Source: Octopus bimaculoides
Taxonomy: Eukaryota
Length of the DNA stretch: 63,426 bases
Direction: 5' to 3'
Assembly (NCBI RefSeq): GCF_001194135.2
Contig: NC_068989.1
Location: 37,710,025-37,773,450 of the forward strand
The number at the start of each line of letters is the position of its first letter. The stretch's first letter is position 1. The notes below the pieces were generated by a model. It worked only from the letters and a program-made list of their open reading frames with translations. It did no database searches and was not told the DNA's origin. The translations under genes were made by a program, and so were the position numbers. This document shows positions 61,981 to 63,426 of the stretch, one piece after another.

Positions 61981-63426
61981 TACTTCCTCCCCAAGATCCA
62001 CAAACCTAACAACCCTGGCCGCCCCATCGTCTCCACCTGCAACTGCTCCACTGAACTCATCTCCAGATATCTTGACCATGTCCTTGCCCCCTAGTGGCTT
62101 CCCTCCCGTCTCACATCCATGATACCAACCATGCTCTTCGTTTGTTCAACTCTTTCTCCTTCTCTCCTGGCCCTTCTAAACTTCATTCTTGACATCAAGA
62201 GCTTATAGACGGTGATCCCCCACCACAAGGAGCTGCGTGCATTCCAACATTTCCTTGACCTTCGACCCAACCCCAACCTAACACATCCACACTCCTTCGT
62301 CTGGTCGAACCTGTCCTCTCACTTAACTGCTTCTCGTTCGTGGGTGATTTTTACCAGTAGAGGTCGGGAGTGGCCATGGGAACGAGAATGGGCCCGAACT
62401 ATGCGAACCTATTCATTGGCTACGTTGAGGCCCAAATATTCTCAAGTTTCACTGGTCCCAATCCGAAACTATACGGTAGTTATATTGACGGCTGTATCGG
62501 TGTAACCTCACTCTCCCACAAACATTTAGACTCCTTCCTTTCTTTTGTCAAATCTTTCCATCCTGCCCTCCGCTTCTCCTGCACTATTTCTGACACTTCC
62601 ATTGCCTTTCTTGACATTTCGGTCAGCATTCCTCACTCCACTCTCACCACCTCCATCCACTACAAACACACAGACCCACACTCTTACTTCAACTTCTCCT
62701 CCTCCCACTCTAAACACACCAAGCTCTCCATCCCCTATTCCCAATTCTTCCGGCTACGCAGGCTCTGCAGTGACAATTATGACTTTGAGACTCAGTCTCA
62801 GCTCATGGTTCGCTAGTTCATCCTACGTGGATATCCCCTCACCACTCTGCACACCGCCCTTGCAAGAGCACGTTCCGTGGACCGTGCATCTGCTCTCTCC
62901 CTTCGCACCCGTCCCACCATCACCGTCTTCTGTTTCCTCTAACCTGTCACCCCACCACTCTACTACTCCAACGCACCGTTCTCCGAGCCTTCCGGTAACT
63001 CCAATCCGACTCCTCCACTTCGCACATCTTCCCAAACTGACCCCTCCCCTCCTTCAAACGAGCCCACAACCTACAAGATCTCTCGGTCCACAGCTTCTTC
63101 CCTAACCCAACCTCCCAACTCGGCGCGTTCCCCTGCTTCTGCCCACGCTGCTGCACTTGTCCTTACCGCTCCAACACCATCCTCCTCATAGGCACCTATC
63201 ATCGACCCTATCATATTACTGACTCCTTCACCTGCACTTCTAGCAACGTCATCTACTGCATCTCCTGCTCTCCCTGTCCTTCTTTATACATCGGTCAAAC
63301 GGGACGCCACTTGGCTGACCGGTTCGCAGAACACCACCGATACATCAGACTCGGCAACAACTCCCTGGTCATTCTTTCCAGCATCTGTCTGTGTTCAGAT
63401 TGTCTTTGCACAGGGGCCATCCGGAC
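61981..63426 (+). mobile_element. Penelope-like element (Neptune-type), 5'-truncated and inactivated; runs off the window end
   Basis: RT motifs YFLPKIHKPNNPGRPIVS, LDIKSL*TVIP, MAMGTRMGPNYANLFIG, YIDG, FLDI and SIPYSQFFRLRRLCS. Cys linker PCFCPRCCTCP. GIY-YIG NVIYCISC..LYIGQTGRHLADRFAEH. Confidence 0.93.

Overview
AT-rich eukaryotic, intron-like or intergenic DNA from a gapped draft assembly, with 13 N-runs mostly sitting in microsatellites. The SINE families and microsatellite load are most consistent with an octopus genome (inference; no search run). No complete host gene, rRNA, true tRNA or CRISPR array is supported, and most ORF-track entries are microsatellite or N-gap artefacts. The window is dominated by mobile-element debris. 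This includes three tRNA-headed SINE groups plus one unclassified interspersed repeat, mariner relics (one a fold-back made of two 5' ends), a 147-bp TA-flanked MITE and Helentron/HINE-like elements. There are also decayed LINE fragments of CR1, RTE, R4-like and CRE-like type, and a 5'-truncated Neptune-type Penelope element running off the right end. The most interesting structural signal is a positional switch near 48.4 kb. Left of it SINE copies keep their CpGs; right of it the same SINEs show CG>TG/CA decay, suggesting a germline-methylated gene body. Inside that domain lies a candidate minus-strand 3/18-nt micro-exon. A plausible ATG-bearing exon (MSDNEVEEASFLP, CAG|GTAAGT) sits at 6139-6178.
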